Below are positions 11,436-24,443 of a DNA stretch of 64,000 nt, in pieces. A program made the translations under genes and the position numbers. Every line of letters begins with the position of its first letter. The stretch's first letter is position 1. A model generated the notes under the pieces. The model had not been told where the DNA came from. It worked only from the letters and a program-made list of their open reading frames with translations, and did not search any database. The stretch covers positions 72,912,001 to 72,976,000 of the forward strand of contig OZ024742.1 in assembly GCA_964016885.1 (NCBI GenBank), in the 5' to 3' direction. Origin of the DNA: Eledone cirrhosa. Taxonomy: Eukaryota.

Positions 11436-14185
11436 TGCCCGTGGTGGAAGTCTTCGTGAGGGGGAAGCCACAGCGAGCCCTCGTGGATACGGGCTGTACG
11501 ACGACACTGGTGACCGCGGGGGTGGCGCAGAGGTGGGGAGGGAAGAGCAGCGTAAGGGCAGTCGACGGCAGGAAAATTGAATGCCGAGGTCGCAGCGAGA
11601 TGGAAATAGCGGTACGGGGAAGGAGGATAAGGCTTTCCGCCATCGTGGTAGACAGTGTGGTGGATGGGATCGGCGTGGTTATGGGCATGGACGCGATTGG
11701 CCGTCTAGGGGCGTCATGGTGAACAATGTCGGTGTGTCGTTTGGCGCCGCTGCATCGGTATGCGCTGTGAGTGCACGTCATGAGAACCAGAAGGCCCACG
11801 AGGAGGAATACCCCGCTTACACTGTACAGGACAAAGACTTCAAGGCAGTGTTCGATGGGTTGTTGAGTGGTACTGGAAGGGAGAACCACCAACACTGAAG
11901 ACCAAAGTGGGCTGCTATCAACACACATTGAAGGGAAACGCTAGGAGCGAGTTCGAGCGAGAAGTAGAGAGATGGATCGAAGAGGGCATACTGCTTCCCT
12001 GGAAGGAGGAGGTGAAGTGCGGAGTATTGCCGTTGATGGCGGTGGTGCAACCCACGAAGAGCAAGGTGAGGCCGGTGCTGGACTATCGGGAGCTGAACGA
12101 GCACGTGTCATGCCACACGGGTGGCGAGGTCACGGATGTCTGTGGGGAAACCCTGCGTGAGTGGAGACGCATGACGGGGGGTTCAGCGATCGTGGATCTA
12201 AAGTCGGCTTACTTGCAGTTGCATATAGATGAGAAGCTCTGGCGGTATCAGCTGGTCAGGTATAAGGGCCGGACATATTGCCTGACCAGGCTCGGTTTCG
12301 GGCTGAGCTCCGAAGATCATGGCGGCGGTCCTCAAGACCGCTCTGGGGAGGGCCGACAAGATAAAGAGGGCTACTAACTCCTATATTGACGACATCCTAG
12401 TGGACGAGTCGGTGGTGTCGACGGCGGAGGTCACGAGCCATTTGCGGAGATATGGACTGACTGCGAAGCCATCAGAAGCATTGGAGGGAGGAGCCGCGCT
12501 GGGACTTAGGCTACGGCGAGACAAGACGGGCGTTTTGGTGTTCCAGAGGTGAAACGAAGTTCCGGAACTGGGCCCAAGTATGAATAGACGGGAGCTTTTC
12601 TCGGTGTGTGGAAAGCTGGTGGGTCACTACCCGATCGCTGGGTGGCTCCGGACGGCATGCAGCTATGTCAAGAGACGAGCGGGAGGGGTGACTTGGAGTG
12701 ACAGAGTGGGAGAGAGAACGGTGGCCATGATGCAGGAGATCGTGGGGAGGGTGAAGGCCGACGACCCAGTGCGGGGACGCTGGTACGTTCCCAAATCACA
12801 GAGCGGGACCGTATGGTGCGATGCCAGCAGCATAGCGCTGGGTGTCACGTTGGAGATAGGAGGTGTTGAGGTCGAGGATGCAGCCTGGCTTAGAAAGAAG
12901 GACGACTGCAGCCACATCAATGTGGCCGAGCTGGACGCGGTGTTGAGAGGGGTGAACCTCGCCCTGCGGTGGGGGCTGCGCACCATCGAGATACGCACCG
13001 ACTCGGCTACTGTACTCGGATGGGTAAGATCAGTGCTCACCAGTGAGAAGAGAGTGCGAACGAGAGGCGCGGCGGAGATGCTGATAAAGCGCCGCCTGGG
13101 AACGTTAGGAGAGCTGGCCACCGAGTTCGACCTGAAGCTGAGCGTAGTGTTCGTGCCCTCAGAGAAAAATAGGGCGGACATCTTAACTAGAGTGAAGAAA
13201 GCCTGGATGGAAGCGCCGGAGGAGGTAGAGGATGAGATAGCTGCCGTGTGTCGGCTGACCGAGTTAGACCTGAAGGGGTTGCATGACATGCACCACATGG
13301 GGGTGGATAGGAGCCTGTTCCTAGCCAGGAGAATTGACTCGGACGTTAGCAGACACACTGTTCGGGGGGGGGGGGGGGTTTAGAGGCTGCGTCCGATGTC
13401 AGTCCATTGATCCCGTCCCGGGTGTACACGAAACGGGAAGCCTCCCGGTGGATTGCGACTGGAAGCGATTAGCGGTGGATGTGACGCACTACCGGCAGGG
13501 AACGTACCTCTCGATGGTCGACTGTGGACCAGGTCGAATGGCGATATGGAGGGAGATGAAGACTGGAACGGCCGAGGAAATCGTGCGGACGTTGAGAGAG
13601 GTGTTCTTGGAGCGGGGCCCTGTGGACGAACTGCTGATGGACAACAGCGCAGCGTTCCGCTCGGAGGCACTGAGGGAGATGCTCGATGGATGGAAGGTGG
13701 ACCGTTTCTTCAGAGCGGCACACAGGCCGAGCGGGAATGGAATCGTGGAGCGACACCACCGGACGATCAAGGCAATGGCGGAGCGGGGCCATATCTCACC
13801 AATGGAGGCAGTGTTCTGGTACAATATGTCCCCTCGGGTTGGACAGGTCGAGGAATCAGTGCCACATAGAGCAGTATTTAAATACGAGTGGCGGCACCCG
13901 TGCACGCTACCACAACGGCCAGTGGGGAGAGAGAGTGCATTCGTGCAGGTGGGCGAAGAAGTCTGGGTTAAGCCCCCAGATGCACGTTGCACATCTCAAT
14001 GGGGAAGGGGAACGGTGACGGCCGTAAATTCAAAGAACAATGTGTCCGTGGACGGGGTACCACGTCATGTCCTGGATGTAAGAAGAATCACTGTGTCGAC
14101 GGACTCCGAGGAAGAGGAAACTCAAGATGAGGTGGAAACCCAGAGCTCTGCCCCAATACTACGAAGATCGCAACGAAGTCTTTGA
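11381..14185 (+). pseudogene. pol: Pol: aspartic protease, RT, RNase H, integrase (several frameshifts/stop)
   Basis: LVDTG (PR); RPVLDYRELN, DLKSAYLQ, YIDD (RT); WCDAS, AELDAV, RTDS, NRAD (RNase H); HDMHH..CVRC, AVDVT, LMDN, GNGIVER (IN). Confidence 0.92.
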
Positions 14186-14258
14186 CCACCGACCTGGACA
14201 GCAGACTTTCATATGCAGAGGGACGAGGGGGAAATTGATCCTTGAGATCAGGGGGGCG

Positions 14259-14525
14259 TGTGGGTATGGTGTGGCCGGAGGCGGGGGAGTGCTCGACCGG
14301 AAGGGTGTGTGGAGTGCTCGACCGGAAGGGGTTTGGGGCCGGAAGGATGCTCGACCGGAAGGGCCAGCAGAGGGCCTCTCTCTAGTGGTGACCAGCATAC
14401 GGTGTGGACGCGAGTTTTGGGCAGCTCCCGGTGTTAAGCAGTTGGACGCACGTGGAAGAGGAGTACCTGCAGTGGAATTTAACGGCGCCTGTGAAAAGCG
14501 GTAAGTGAGATAGCTTCTAACCACA
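14259..14525 (+). repeat. 3' LTR
   Basis: Direct repeat of the 5' LTR, followed by TSD GATGT. Confidence 0.95.
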
Positions 14526-14650
14526 GATGTAAGTGGGGTTACTTAAATGAAAATATAGGTGGCCCTTAAAAGGGCCAAATTAGAATATACCGCTGCGTTT
14601 TTACAGTTTTACTAGTTACACATATACACACACACATATATATATATACA

Positions 14651-14729
14651 CACGGTGTCCCCTCCAAAATATATACACACTTTCATTACTTTGCTGTTGA
14701 AGTGTGTATACATTTTTTGGGACACTGTG
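14651..14729. mobile_element. 79-bp Tc1/mariner-like mini-MITE
   Basis: cacggtgtccc...aaaatatatacacactt / aagtgtgtatacatttttt.gggacactgtg inverted arms inside a microsatellite. Confidence 0.6.
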
Positions 14730-14731
14730 TT

Positions 14732-14781
<50 letters not shown>

Positions 14782-15231
14782 GGGAAGGGAGAAATTTTTG
14801 GATGCTATGCCTGACATAATAAAAAAAACAAAATACACCCCTAACATTTGTCGGAATATCAATCACGAGAGTAGATAAATAAATATATAAATACATAAAT
14901 AAGAAATGATAGAAAAGGAAAAGAAAATCCCTACTTTATGTAATATTCCTAGTCACCCCTAAATTTCAAAACCGGGAGGGAGAAGTCCGAGGGTTAAAAT
15001 CCCAAATGATAGTACCTCAAATACTAGTGTATCCCTTCGCATTACAGTTTAAAGCAATACATATGATCGCTTTGATGACTCTTATTCGTTTCTAAGGGTC
15101 TCGTTTTTTTCTCTTCTTTCTATCATATATATATATCTATATATATGTCAAAATCTTTCCCTCTGTCTATCTCTTTCCCGCTCTGTCTATCTTTTGCCAT
15201 AAAAACGATAATGATAATCAATTCAATTAAG

Positions 15232-15271
<40 letters not shown>

Positions 15272-16022
15272 AGTATTATTATTAAAATTAAATACCATTT
15301 ATTCTGCGGCAGAGAGCTTCATCTTCTCCATCATTCGCTCCTCCAGAATCGTAGTACTCGTCGTTATTGTATGTGTGTGTTTCTGCGTATATATATATAT
15401 GTGGTGTGTATGTGTTTGTGTGTATATGTATATATGTTTGCGATCGCCACTCTAGCCCTTCGTGAGGAGAATGCTATGTACATATGTATATATATATGTG
15501 TGTATGTGTGTGCTTGGAATATTTACCAATGGTTGGTATATCGATGAACCTCTGATAGGCTTATACAGAATTAATGGATCTCGTATCGGTTCCTTTCGTT
15601 CGATCACCAAGAACTACCCACACATTTGAATTTATAATGTAAATGGTTAAATGTTTCACAAACACTTGTACTCCCTTACTTTAACATACCCCTCCCCCAT
15701 ATACACATACTATGTGGGCACTCAGTTTGCTAGAAATAACAGCCAATTCTTTCCACTCACCTTAAAAAAATATTAAGAAAGAACACGATGTCCGATAATG
15801 TACTTATTAGATACACCTAAAACGACGGGATGGTCGTGGCTGGAATACCGTTGATCATAATGGAATTCTGTGGTTTAGCCAAGGTTGACCTAGGGCTAAA
15901 CAACAACAATAACGTAATCCCCAAGCAGAATCTATAAACAGACTAAAAAACAGCTTGTAAAAAAAAAATGATATTTACCTGATAAAGAGGTAGGAAGCAG
16001 CTAGTATTGATATACAACAGGG

Positions 16023-16092
<70 letters not shown>

Positions 16093-16200
16093 TGTTGGTT
16101 TTACCTTTGTCCCTCAGGTGAAGGGGCCTTACTATCATGGAACGGGAATATTGTGATGGGACCCGACTTTTCCCCGCCTTTCGGTCTAGCCCCGCAGGTA

Positions 16201-16263
16201 CAGTCGAGTCCGCTTAAGAGTATACCCTCGGGAATGGAAAATAGTATACTCTTAACCGGACTA
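16201..16263. mobile_element. Pogo/Tigger-like terminus with palindrome
   Basis: TA|CAGTCGAGTCCGCTTAAGAGTATAC ... GTATACTCTTAACCGGACT; the opposite end was not found. Confidence 0.35.
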
Positions 16264-16690
16264 AGCAAAAATATTCCATAGTATTATTATTTTGAGTCTT
16301 TCAATGATTAATAATAGCTTTATTATCGTTTATTAAGTTAACAAAACTCTCTTGCAACATTGTAGAGTGAATGTAAAATTTTATAAGCTTCAGCTTTGCG
16401 AAACTATTCTCACCATTTTCCATCGATACTGGAAGTGTGAAAAGGATGCTCAATGCAATAGCATCATTTTAGAACTATTCCAGTTTATCATTTTTCCGAA
16501 TTTACAAGGAAAAAATACGTATATACGAGAATAGCGAAAATTTCAACAAACGCAGGAGAAATGAAGAAACGGATAAGAAAATGGCAAGTAATATCAAATA
16601 ATTATTAAAAACGTTACAGAAGTAGCATTACACGAATAATTAAGTTTCATACATACATATATATATATGTGTGTATGTATATATATGTAC

Positions 16691-16764
16691 TTTATCTGAT
16701 GAAAGCGGTGGCCCTTGATATATGTATAAAATAAATATAGTTTCCATTTATTAATATATTGTAT
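16691..16764 (+). mobile_element. Degenerate HHR/pLTR fragment of another PLE family
   Basis: TTTAT-CTGATGA...GATA (GAAA mutated); followed by ataaatatagtttccatttatt, also found at 43790-43811. Confidence 0.5.
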
Positions 16765-18312
16765 ACGTCATTGTTAACGCTAGGCTAATTTCTGCAAACC
16801 CAAATACAACGTCAAACGCAACTTCTTTAAATGTTCTTAATCCCATTCTAAATCAAGAAACTATTATTCCTATCGTAAATAACTTCTCCAATCCAATTCC
16901 TTCTATAGATAACACTAGGTCACTTGTTAATAACTCTGTTAATTTCTCTAATCGCAATTGTAATTGCCCTGTTAAAAATAAATGTCCTCTCAACAACCAT
17001 TGTCTTGAAAAAAACTTAATCTACGAATGTAAACTTATAACTGACACCAATTCCTTTACCTATTTTGGCTCCACTTCCACCTCCTTTAATATCATCATTC
17101 GTTTTTTAAATACCAACTTAAAAGAACCAACACGGAACTCTCAGAACTCATATGGTCCTTGAAAGACAAAAATATTAACTATAACATCTCTTGGAGGAAG
17201 GTTTGTTCTGCTTCTACATACTTGAATGCTTCTCTATCCAAGACATGTAATCTCTGTTTATGTGAGAAATTTACCATTATATCTAATTTAGATTATATAA
17301 TAAATAGACGCACTGACTTGTTTTCTCTCTGCTTGCATAAATTCCACAGAACATTCCATAAAGTATAAAGCTAATACTTTACCAATTTAAAATCCTTTTC
17401 TCAAAGGCATATATATATATATACATTTATATTTCTTTAAAAATATACCCATCTTTCTACCTTATTTCAATGTTATTTATTATACATTATACAATACTAC
17501 TTACTCATTCTATATCACTCCTATTTATCACTTCCCTTTTTTTCTTTTTTTCCTTTTTTCTTTTAATTTCTAACCTCTAATCTGTACCTTTTCTTCATTA
17601 TTACTCACCACAATATATCCTTACCCTTTTAAATACTTTATAATATCACCTTGAAAAATCCTTCGTAAACATAAACATTTTTTTGACGTTAGATTATTCA
17701 TCCTCAATTCATTATTTTTTCTCCCTTTCATGCTCATCTAACTTATACATATTACACATATTCATCCACTCTTCTACTTCTTTTCACAATATATCCTTAA
17801 TTACATTACTATTGCTATATTTTTATATATTTTTAATAATACATATCAACAATTTCTTTCCATCGCACATATTATTATATCCTTAAATATTATTCTTAAT
17901 ACATATTAACAATTTCTTTTCATCGCACATATTATTAAACCCTTCAATATACAAACCTTAATTTAACATTATTCTAAAATTTTTCTCTTCGTTAATTTTC
18001 AAATTCTTTTAATTTATATATTATCTTCCAACGGTTTTTTAACCTCTCTATGTAAAACAATATATTTTTCTCAGTTATAAAAGCTATCTCTCTCTCTCTA
18101 TCACCCATCTCTCCTCCTATCTCATCCTTCCTTATTATACTCCTCCTCCTCCATTCTTTACTCTCATCTCCTCCTCTTTTTCATCCTTTCCAACCCACCC
18201 CACCCCTCAATTTTTTTCCAAATATCACACATCAATCTAAAACTACTTTTCATGTGTTGATTTAAAACTGCACTATTCACAAGTGTTTTTTAACCTTCAT
18301 ATCATGTCTCCC

Positions 18313-18383
18313 TATTTTATCTGACGAAAACGCAAATGTCATTGCATGATGATATTTGTTTTTGAAATGCGCATAATAAAATA
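18313..18383 (+). ncRNA. Minimal hammerhead ribozyme (pLTR copy 1)
   Basis: TATTTTAT-CTGACGA-long stem II (CAAATGTCATT/GATGATATTTG)-GAAA-TGCGCA-TA-ATAAAATA; palindromic stem/loop III ATGCGCAT. Confidence 0.85.
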
Positions 18384-18589
18384 CATGGAACTCTTTTAAC
18401 CATCTTTTGATCTTATATATTATTTATACTCCAGTCCTACAAACTGTAGAGTGCTACTTATCCGATATCTGCATTGCTTTATTGTACTACAATAAAACTC
18501 ACCTCCTACATTAACTTGCTCCTTAACGGTTGAGTGCTAACTCTCATATTGGATACCTTTTGATGGTCCTTTACTTTTTCTTCTACAAC

Positions 18590-20962
18590 ATGGATTATTA
18601 CAACAGAACCACTTCAACTAAAGACATTCCTATACCTGGTAAATCTGAATTCACCAAACTTCTAATTGAAAAAACTGACTCCTTTATAAGAAGGCTTAGA
18701 TGGATAGCTTATTTCTATGACCAGCGCCTAAAAGGGAACTTCTATACCAAGGAACATAACTTTCTCGATCATTTATTTAATTCTAGAAGAAATCCTCCTT
18801 CCAACAAAAATCTAGTGCAATTCGAGGAGGAGTTAACTAACATTATAAAAAATCTTAAATTCAAGAGAAACACTTACAGAGGACAAGAGCACCTTGTAAA
18901 TCTCAAGAACACGATTTCAAACCTAAATTCCTCAAAAAATGTTTTAGTCCACTCTGACAAAACAAATAATTTATATGGTATTTCTAAGGAAAACTATAAC
19001 AACCTTATCCTAAAGGAACTTAGGAAAAAATATCGCAAAACCAACCATGATAATTTAGAATCCATAAACTTTGAAGCTTCTGAGATTATGTCAAAACTTG
19101 GCATCGGAAAAAAGACCGAACTATTCCTCCCAAGAACTCCGAGGATAAATCTCAAGGATCACAAAAACAACTTTCGTACTGAACTACCTGTTAGACTAAT
19201 CACCCCCTCTAAATCAGATCTGGGGGTTAGCAAAGCCATCTTGGATAGAATTATCCCACAGGTTCGTTCTAATTGCTCTTCTTTGAACTTAAATTTATGG
19301 TTTGGTACTTCTGAAGTGATTGGCTGGTTCAACAAATTGAATAAGAAAAACAAACAAAAATGTATTCAATTTGATATTGCCAGCTACTATTCTTCTATTT
19401 CGCCCTCACTTCTCAACAATGCTCTATCTTTCGCTTACAAATATTCAGACATCACCACAGATGAACTTCACATCATTCTCACCGCACGTAAAACCATCCT
19501 AGAGTTCAACAATGAATATTGGACCAGAGCTGATACCTCTAATAACTTTGACATCACAATGGGAGCATCCGATTCATCCCAATTGACAGATTTAATTGGT
19601 ATCTTTATTTTGAACTCTTTGAATCGGAAAATTCCTCAACTTCGCGGTGGAATTTATCGTGACGATGGACTCTTTACTATCTTAAATTGCAACATAGTTA
19701 ACCTTAATATTATTAAGAACAATATACGTAATCTCTTTAACCAACATAACTTAAAAATTGAATTTGATAACATCAAACTAGCTAATTTCTTGGATGTATC
19801 TCTTAATCTTGACACTGGCCTATATTACCCTTACCATAAATGAGAACCTAAATTATGTTAATTTTAAATCTAACCACCCCACTAATATTAAGAATGCTAT
19901 AGTTAGTAATATTGGAAAAAGAATATCCAACCTATCATCTAATAAAAACATTTGTTATGCTAACGCCAATTACTATAATAACGTGCTTTCTAAAGCCGGT
20001 TATCCTGATAAAATCAAATATAGTAAAGAAACAAATTCTAGAAGATCTTACAGTAGAACAATTAATCATGATCATTCCAATAACTTTAATAAAAGACTTA
20101 GATACAAAAACATAATCTGGTATAATGCTCCTTTCTCCATCTCTATTAATAATAATATTCCTAAATTATTCTTTAGTGCCTTAAATAAATGCTTCCCTCC
20201 CTCACATATCTATAGTAAAATATTTAACAAACACACTATAAAATTTTCCTATTCGACCTCTTCCAACATCTCCAACATTATCTCTAAACACAACAATAAA
20301 ATACTAAATCTCTTCCTTCCAACACTGAATATTATAATAATAGTAATAGTAGTCCCGACGTCATTGTTAACTCTAGGCTAATTTCTGCAAACCCAAATAC
20401 AACGTCAAACGCAACTTCGTTAAATGTTCTTAATCTCATTCTAAATCAAGAAACTATTATTCCTATCGTAAATAACTTCTCCAATCCAATTCCTTCTATA
20501 GATAACACTAGGTAACTTGTTAATAACTCTGTTAATTTCTCTAATCGCAATTGTAATTGCCCTGTTAAAAATAAATGTCCTCTCAACAACCATTGTCTTG
20601 AAAAAAACTTAATCTACGAATGTAAACTTATAACTGACACCAATTCCTTTACCTATTTTGGCTCCACTTCCACCTCCTTTAAAGCTCGTCTTTATAATCA
20701 TCATTCGTCTTTTAAATACCAACTTAAAAGAACCAACACGGCACTCTCAGAACTCATATGGTCCTTGAAAGACAAAAATATTAACTATAACATCTCCTGG
20801 AGGAAGGTTTGTCCTGCTTCTCTATCCAAGACATGTAATCTCTGTTTATGTGAGAAATTTACCATTATATCTAATTCAGATTCTATAATAAATAGACGCA
20901 CTGACTTGTTTTCTCTCTGCTTGCATAAATTCCACAGAACATTCCATAAAGTATACAGCTAA
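18590..20962 (+). pseudogene. PLE ORF: RT + CxC linker + GIY-YIG endonuclease (frameshifts, one in-frame stop)
   Basis: STKDIPIP..LIEK..FIRRLRW N-terminus; SDKTNN; LKDHK; QFDIASYY; ITMG; YRDD; FLDV; CNCPVKNKCPLNNHC; NLIY..YFG; CNLCLCEK. Confidence 0.92.
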
Positions 20963-21001
20963 TATCTAATACTTTACCAATTTAAAATCCTTTTCTCAAA
21001 G

Positions 21002-21062
<61 letters not shown>

Positions 21063-21959
21063 TATTTCTTTAAAAATATACCCATCTTTCTACCTTATTT
21101 CAATGTTATTTATTATACATTATATAATACTAGTTACTCATTCTATATCACTCCTATTTATCACTTCCCTTTCTTTCTTTTTTTCCTTTTTTCTTTTAAT
21201 TTCTAACCTCTAATCTGTACCTTTTCTTCCTAGATACTTCTCAATTTTCATTATTACTCACCACAATATATCCTTACCCTTTAAAATACTTTATAATATC
21301 ACCTTGAAAAATCCTTCGTAAACATAAACATTTTTTTGACGCTAGATTATTCATCCTCAATTCATTATTTTTTCTCCCTTTCATACTCATCTAACTTATA
21401 CATATTACACATATTCATCCATTCTTCTACTTCTTTTCACAATATATCCTTAACTACATTACTATTGTTATATTTTTATATTTTTTTAATAATACATATC
21501 AACAATTTCTTTCCATCGCACATATTATTAAACCCTTAAATATTATTCTTAATACATATTAACAATTTCTTTTCATCGCACATATTATTAAACCCTTCAA
21601 TATACAAACCTTAATTTAACATCATTCTAAAATTTTCCTCTTCGTTAATTTTCAAATTCTTTTAATTTATATATTATCTTCCAACGGTTTTTTAACCGTA
21701 AAACAATGTATTTTTCTCAGTTATAAAAGCTATCTCTCTCTCTCTCTATCACCCATCTCTCCTCCTATCTCATCCTTCCTTATTATACTCTTCCCCCTCC
21801 ATTCTTTACTCTCATCTCCTCCTCTTTTTCATCCTTTCCACCCCCCCCCCCCTCAATTTTTTTCCCAATATCACACATCAATCTAAAACTACTTTTCATA
21901 TGTTGATTTAAAAACTGCACTATTCACAAGTGTTTTTTAACCTTCATATCATGTCTCCC

Positions 21960-22030
21960 TATTTTATCTGACGAAAACGCAAATGTCATTGCATGATGAT
22001 ATTTGTTTTTGAAATGCGCATAATAAAATA
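21960..22030 (+). ncRNA. Minimal hammerhead ribozyme (pLTR copy 2)
   Basis: Identical to 18313-18383, 3647 bp downstream. Confidence 0.85.
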
Positions 22031-22058
22031 CATGGAACTCTTTTAACCATCTTTTGAT

Positions 22059-22170
<112 letters not shown>

Positions 22171-22205
22171 ATATTTATTTTATTATACTTATTTCGAAAC
22201 ATATG

Positions 22206-22338
22206 TCATTTGTATAATATCTGCCCTACGTGTTTTCTTCCGACAAAAATCCATGCAAGATGTAAATATCCGTTGATATGAGATATTCGTTGATATCCGT
22301 TGATATGAGAACACGTAGGGCAGATGTTATACAAATGA
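22206..22338. repeat. MITE-like inverted repeat (~30-bp arms)
   Basis: tcatttgtataatatctgccctacgtgtt / aacacgtagggcagatgttatacaaatga. Confidence 0.7.
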
Positions 22339-22379
22339 AATGGGCAAATGATACCGTCTTTCTTGTTTATTATTATAAC

Positions 22380-22487
22380 CCACCGAGGTTAACTTTGCCT
22401 TTCATCCTTATGGGGTCGATAAAATAAAGTACCAGTAATACACTGGGTATTTGCTGGCCTTGTGCCAAAGTAGAAACAATTATTATA
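22380..22487 (+). mobile_element. Meta-like SINE 3' half
   Basis: gcctttcatccttatggggtcgataaaataaagtacc...gtagaaacaatt. Confidence 0.75.
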
Positions 22488-23440
22488 ATAAAACTCCGGA
22501 TAAACATAAACTGTTGAGTGTTTGTCATCTTTTATGAAAGAGTCAGCAGATTTTCAATCAACCAACTTTCCTTAGTTGAATAAATATATGTATGTATATA
22601 TATATACGTATATTTTCTTTAATATTGCAACATTAAAGGAATATATCCTTCTGAAAGAATCGCGAGCAATTTATAATGTCATTTAAGCATTGTTAATGTT
22701 ATTTATATATATATTTAAAACATATTTGCTCTGTTATTCTACTGTAAATTTATTTATATGCTTTGTATATATTATATATACACAAATAATGAATCTGTAT
22801 ATTAACACATCGTTTGTATTATTCAATCAGTTTATTGAACAACTAGAATGCTCATCGTCAAGTACTTTATACATATATATATATATATATATATGTGTGT
22901 GTATGTATGTATGAATCTATATATATGTATGTATATCTATATATATGTGTGTGTGTATGTATATATATTGTGTATGTGTATATATATGTGTGTGTATGCA
23001 TATATGTGTGTGTATGCATATGTGTGTGTGTGTGTATGTATATATATATGTGTGTGTGTGTATGTATATATATATGTGTGTATGTATATATATGTATATA
23101 TATATATGAAGATAAATTAATGGAGCCATAGAGTCGCGTTATTTCCTGTAAATTATGTGCTCAAAGGGAACGGAATCCTATACATATTGTATATGCATGT
23201 ATATCTGTATATATATGCATGTATATGTATATGTGTATTTGTATATATGTATATGTGCGTATGTATGTATATATATGAATGTATATATATATATATATAT
23301 GTGTGTATTTGTATATATGTATATGTGTGTATGTATGTATATATATATATATGCATGTGTATATATATATATAGATGTAATCTAAATTTTATAGATGTAA
23401 TCTGAATAGTATGGTAGAATATTAAGTGTTAAATGTTAAT

Positions 23441-23478
23441 TGAACAAGTACTTTCATGCTTTCGCAATCTTCAGGTTC
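23441..23478 (-). ncRNA. Minimal hammerhead ribozyme
   Basis: Reverse complement of 24405-24443. Confidence 0.7.
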
Positions 23479-23769
23479 TTATTCTGTGGTGACAGTCAAG
23501 TTTACAATTTTCAACTGTAATGAGATGGGTAAATTTTGTGCCTTATATACAGAGAAAAGCGGCTACAGAATGCTAAATCTTGCAAACTGTATTTCGACCA
23601 ATTGGTGTGTAGTTTCACTGGATTACTGAAGCTGATTGGTTTAGGTGTCGTGGTTGGTTGAGCATGTCTAACGACTTCTATTTGGCTCTATCCAAAGCAT
23701 CAATTGTTTTGCTATTTTTAGAAATGATGTAAATAGCATTTTCTAGGGTTTTTATACCCCTAAGAATTA

Positions 23770-24060
23770 TTATTGTTCATTTAGCTTGGGTTGGAATTTA
23801 TCAATAAAATTCTTTTCTTTGATTTTTCTCTTGATTTCACTTGGCCTGTGTAATTTGTAGAATGGAAATATTATAAATATTTTCTGACCACATGTTGCTA
23901 GATGTTTACTCAGGGGTATCTGACGGACATTTGGGTCTCTGATTTGCTGTCGGTGCACCCGTGCACGTTCCGATAATGCATTTCCAGTTTGGCCGACATA
24001 TAGTTCTTCACAATTCGGCCATTTAATGCAGTAAATTAGATTTCTGCTTTTGCAGTTCAT
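23770..24060 (-). CDS. GIY-YIG endonuclease domain (PLE C-terminus, 5'-truncated)
   Basis: NCKSRNLIYCI..NC..LYVGQTG..LSERARVH...H...KE..FI....P.LN. Confidence 0.85.
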   Translation of the reverse strand: MNCKSRNLIYCIKWPNCEELYVGQTGNALSERARVHRQQIRDPNVRQIPLSKHLATCGQKIFIIFPFYKLHRPSEIKRKIKEKNFIDKFQPKLNEQ

Positions 24061-24404
24061 ATTTGCATTTGGGAATATTTTTCAAAATTCCAACCCAAGC
24101 TAAATGAACAATAATAATTCTTAGGGGTATAAAAACCCTAGAAAATGCTATTTTCATCATTTCTAAAAATAGCAAAACAATTGATGCTTTGAATAGGGCC
24201 AAATAGAAGTCGTTAGACATGCCCAACCAACCATGATGCCTAAACCAATCAGCTTCAGTAATCCAGTGAAACTACACACCGATTGGTCGAAATACAGTTT
24301 GCAAAATATAGCATTCTGTAGCCGCTTTTCACTGTATATAAGGCACAAAATTTACCCATCTCATTACAGTTGAAAATTGTAAACTTAACTGTCACCTCAG
24401 AATA

Positions 24405-24443
24405 TGAACCTGAAGATTGCGAAAGCATGAAAGTACTTGTTCA
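24405..24443 (+). ncRNA. Minimal hammerhead ribozyme (39 nt)
   Basis: TGAAC-CTGAAGA-T-TGC-GAAA-GCA-T-GAAA-GTAC-TT-GTTCA; palindromic AAGTACTT. Confidence 0.75.

Larger units (their letters stand above)
10310..14525 (+). mobile_element. Full-length Ty3/Gypsy LTR retrotransposon
   Basis: LTRs 10310-10589 and 14259-14525 (TGTGG...CCACA); TSD GATGT at 10305-10309 and 14526-14530; purine tract before the 3' LTR; gag-PR-RT-RH-IN order. Confidence 0.96.
10154..14586. mobile_element. Second GGCACTAC-family element, interrupted by the Gypsy insertion and truncated
   Basis: 10154-10309 matches the 7598 copy; the sequence resumes at 14526 (gatgtaagtgg...ggcccttaaaagggcc). Confidence 0.8.

Noticed and set aside
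11118-13992. Long antisense and alternate-frame ORFs in the Gypsy element
   Set aside because: They are shadows of GC-rich pol coding sequence.
16091-16200. HDV-like ribozyme in the GC-richer patch after (TA)n
   Set aside because: I could not assemble the nested double-pseudoknot pairings by eye.
18590-20962. Selenoprotein-type (Naiad) PLE recoding
   Set aside because: The endonuclease is C-terminal, and the breaks I traced are frameshifts or a TAA rather than in-frame TGA at Cys positions.
22848-23405. YI/VC-rich ORFs (also 21924-22281, 34664-34905, 45989-46496)
   Set aside because: They are translations of (TA)n/(TG)n microsatellites.
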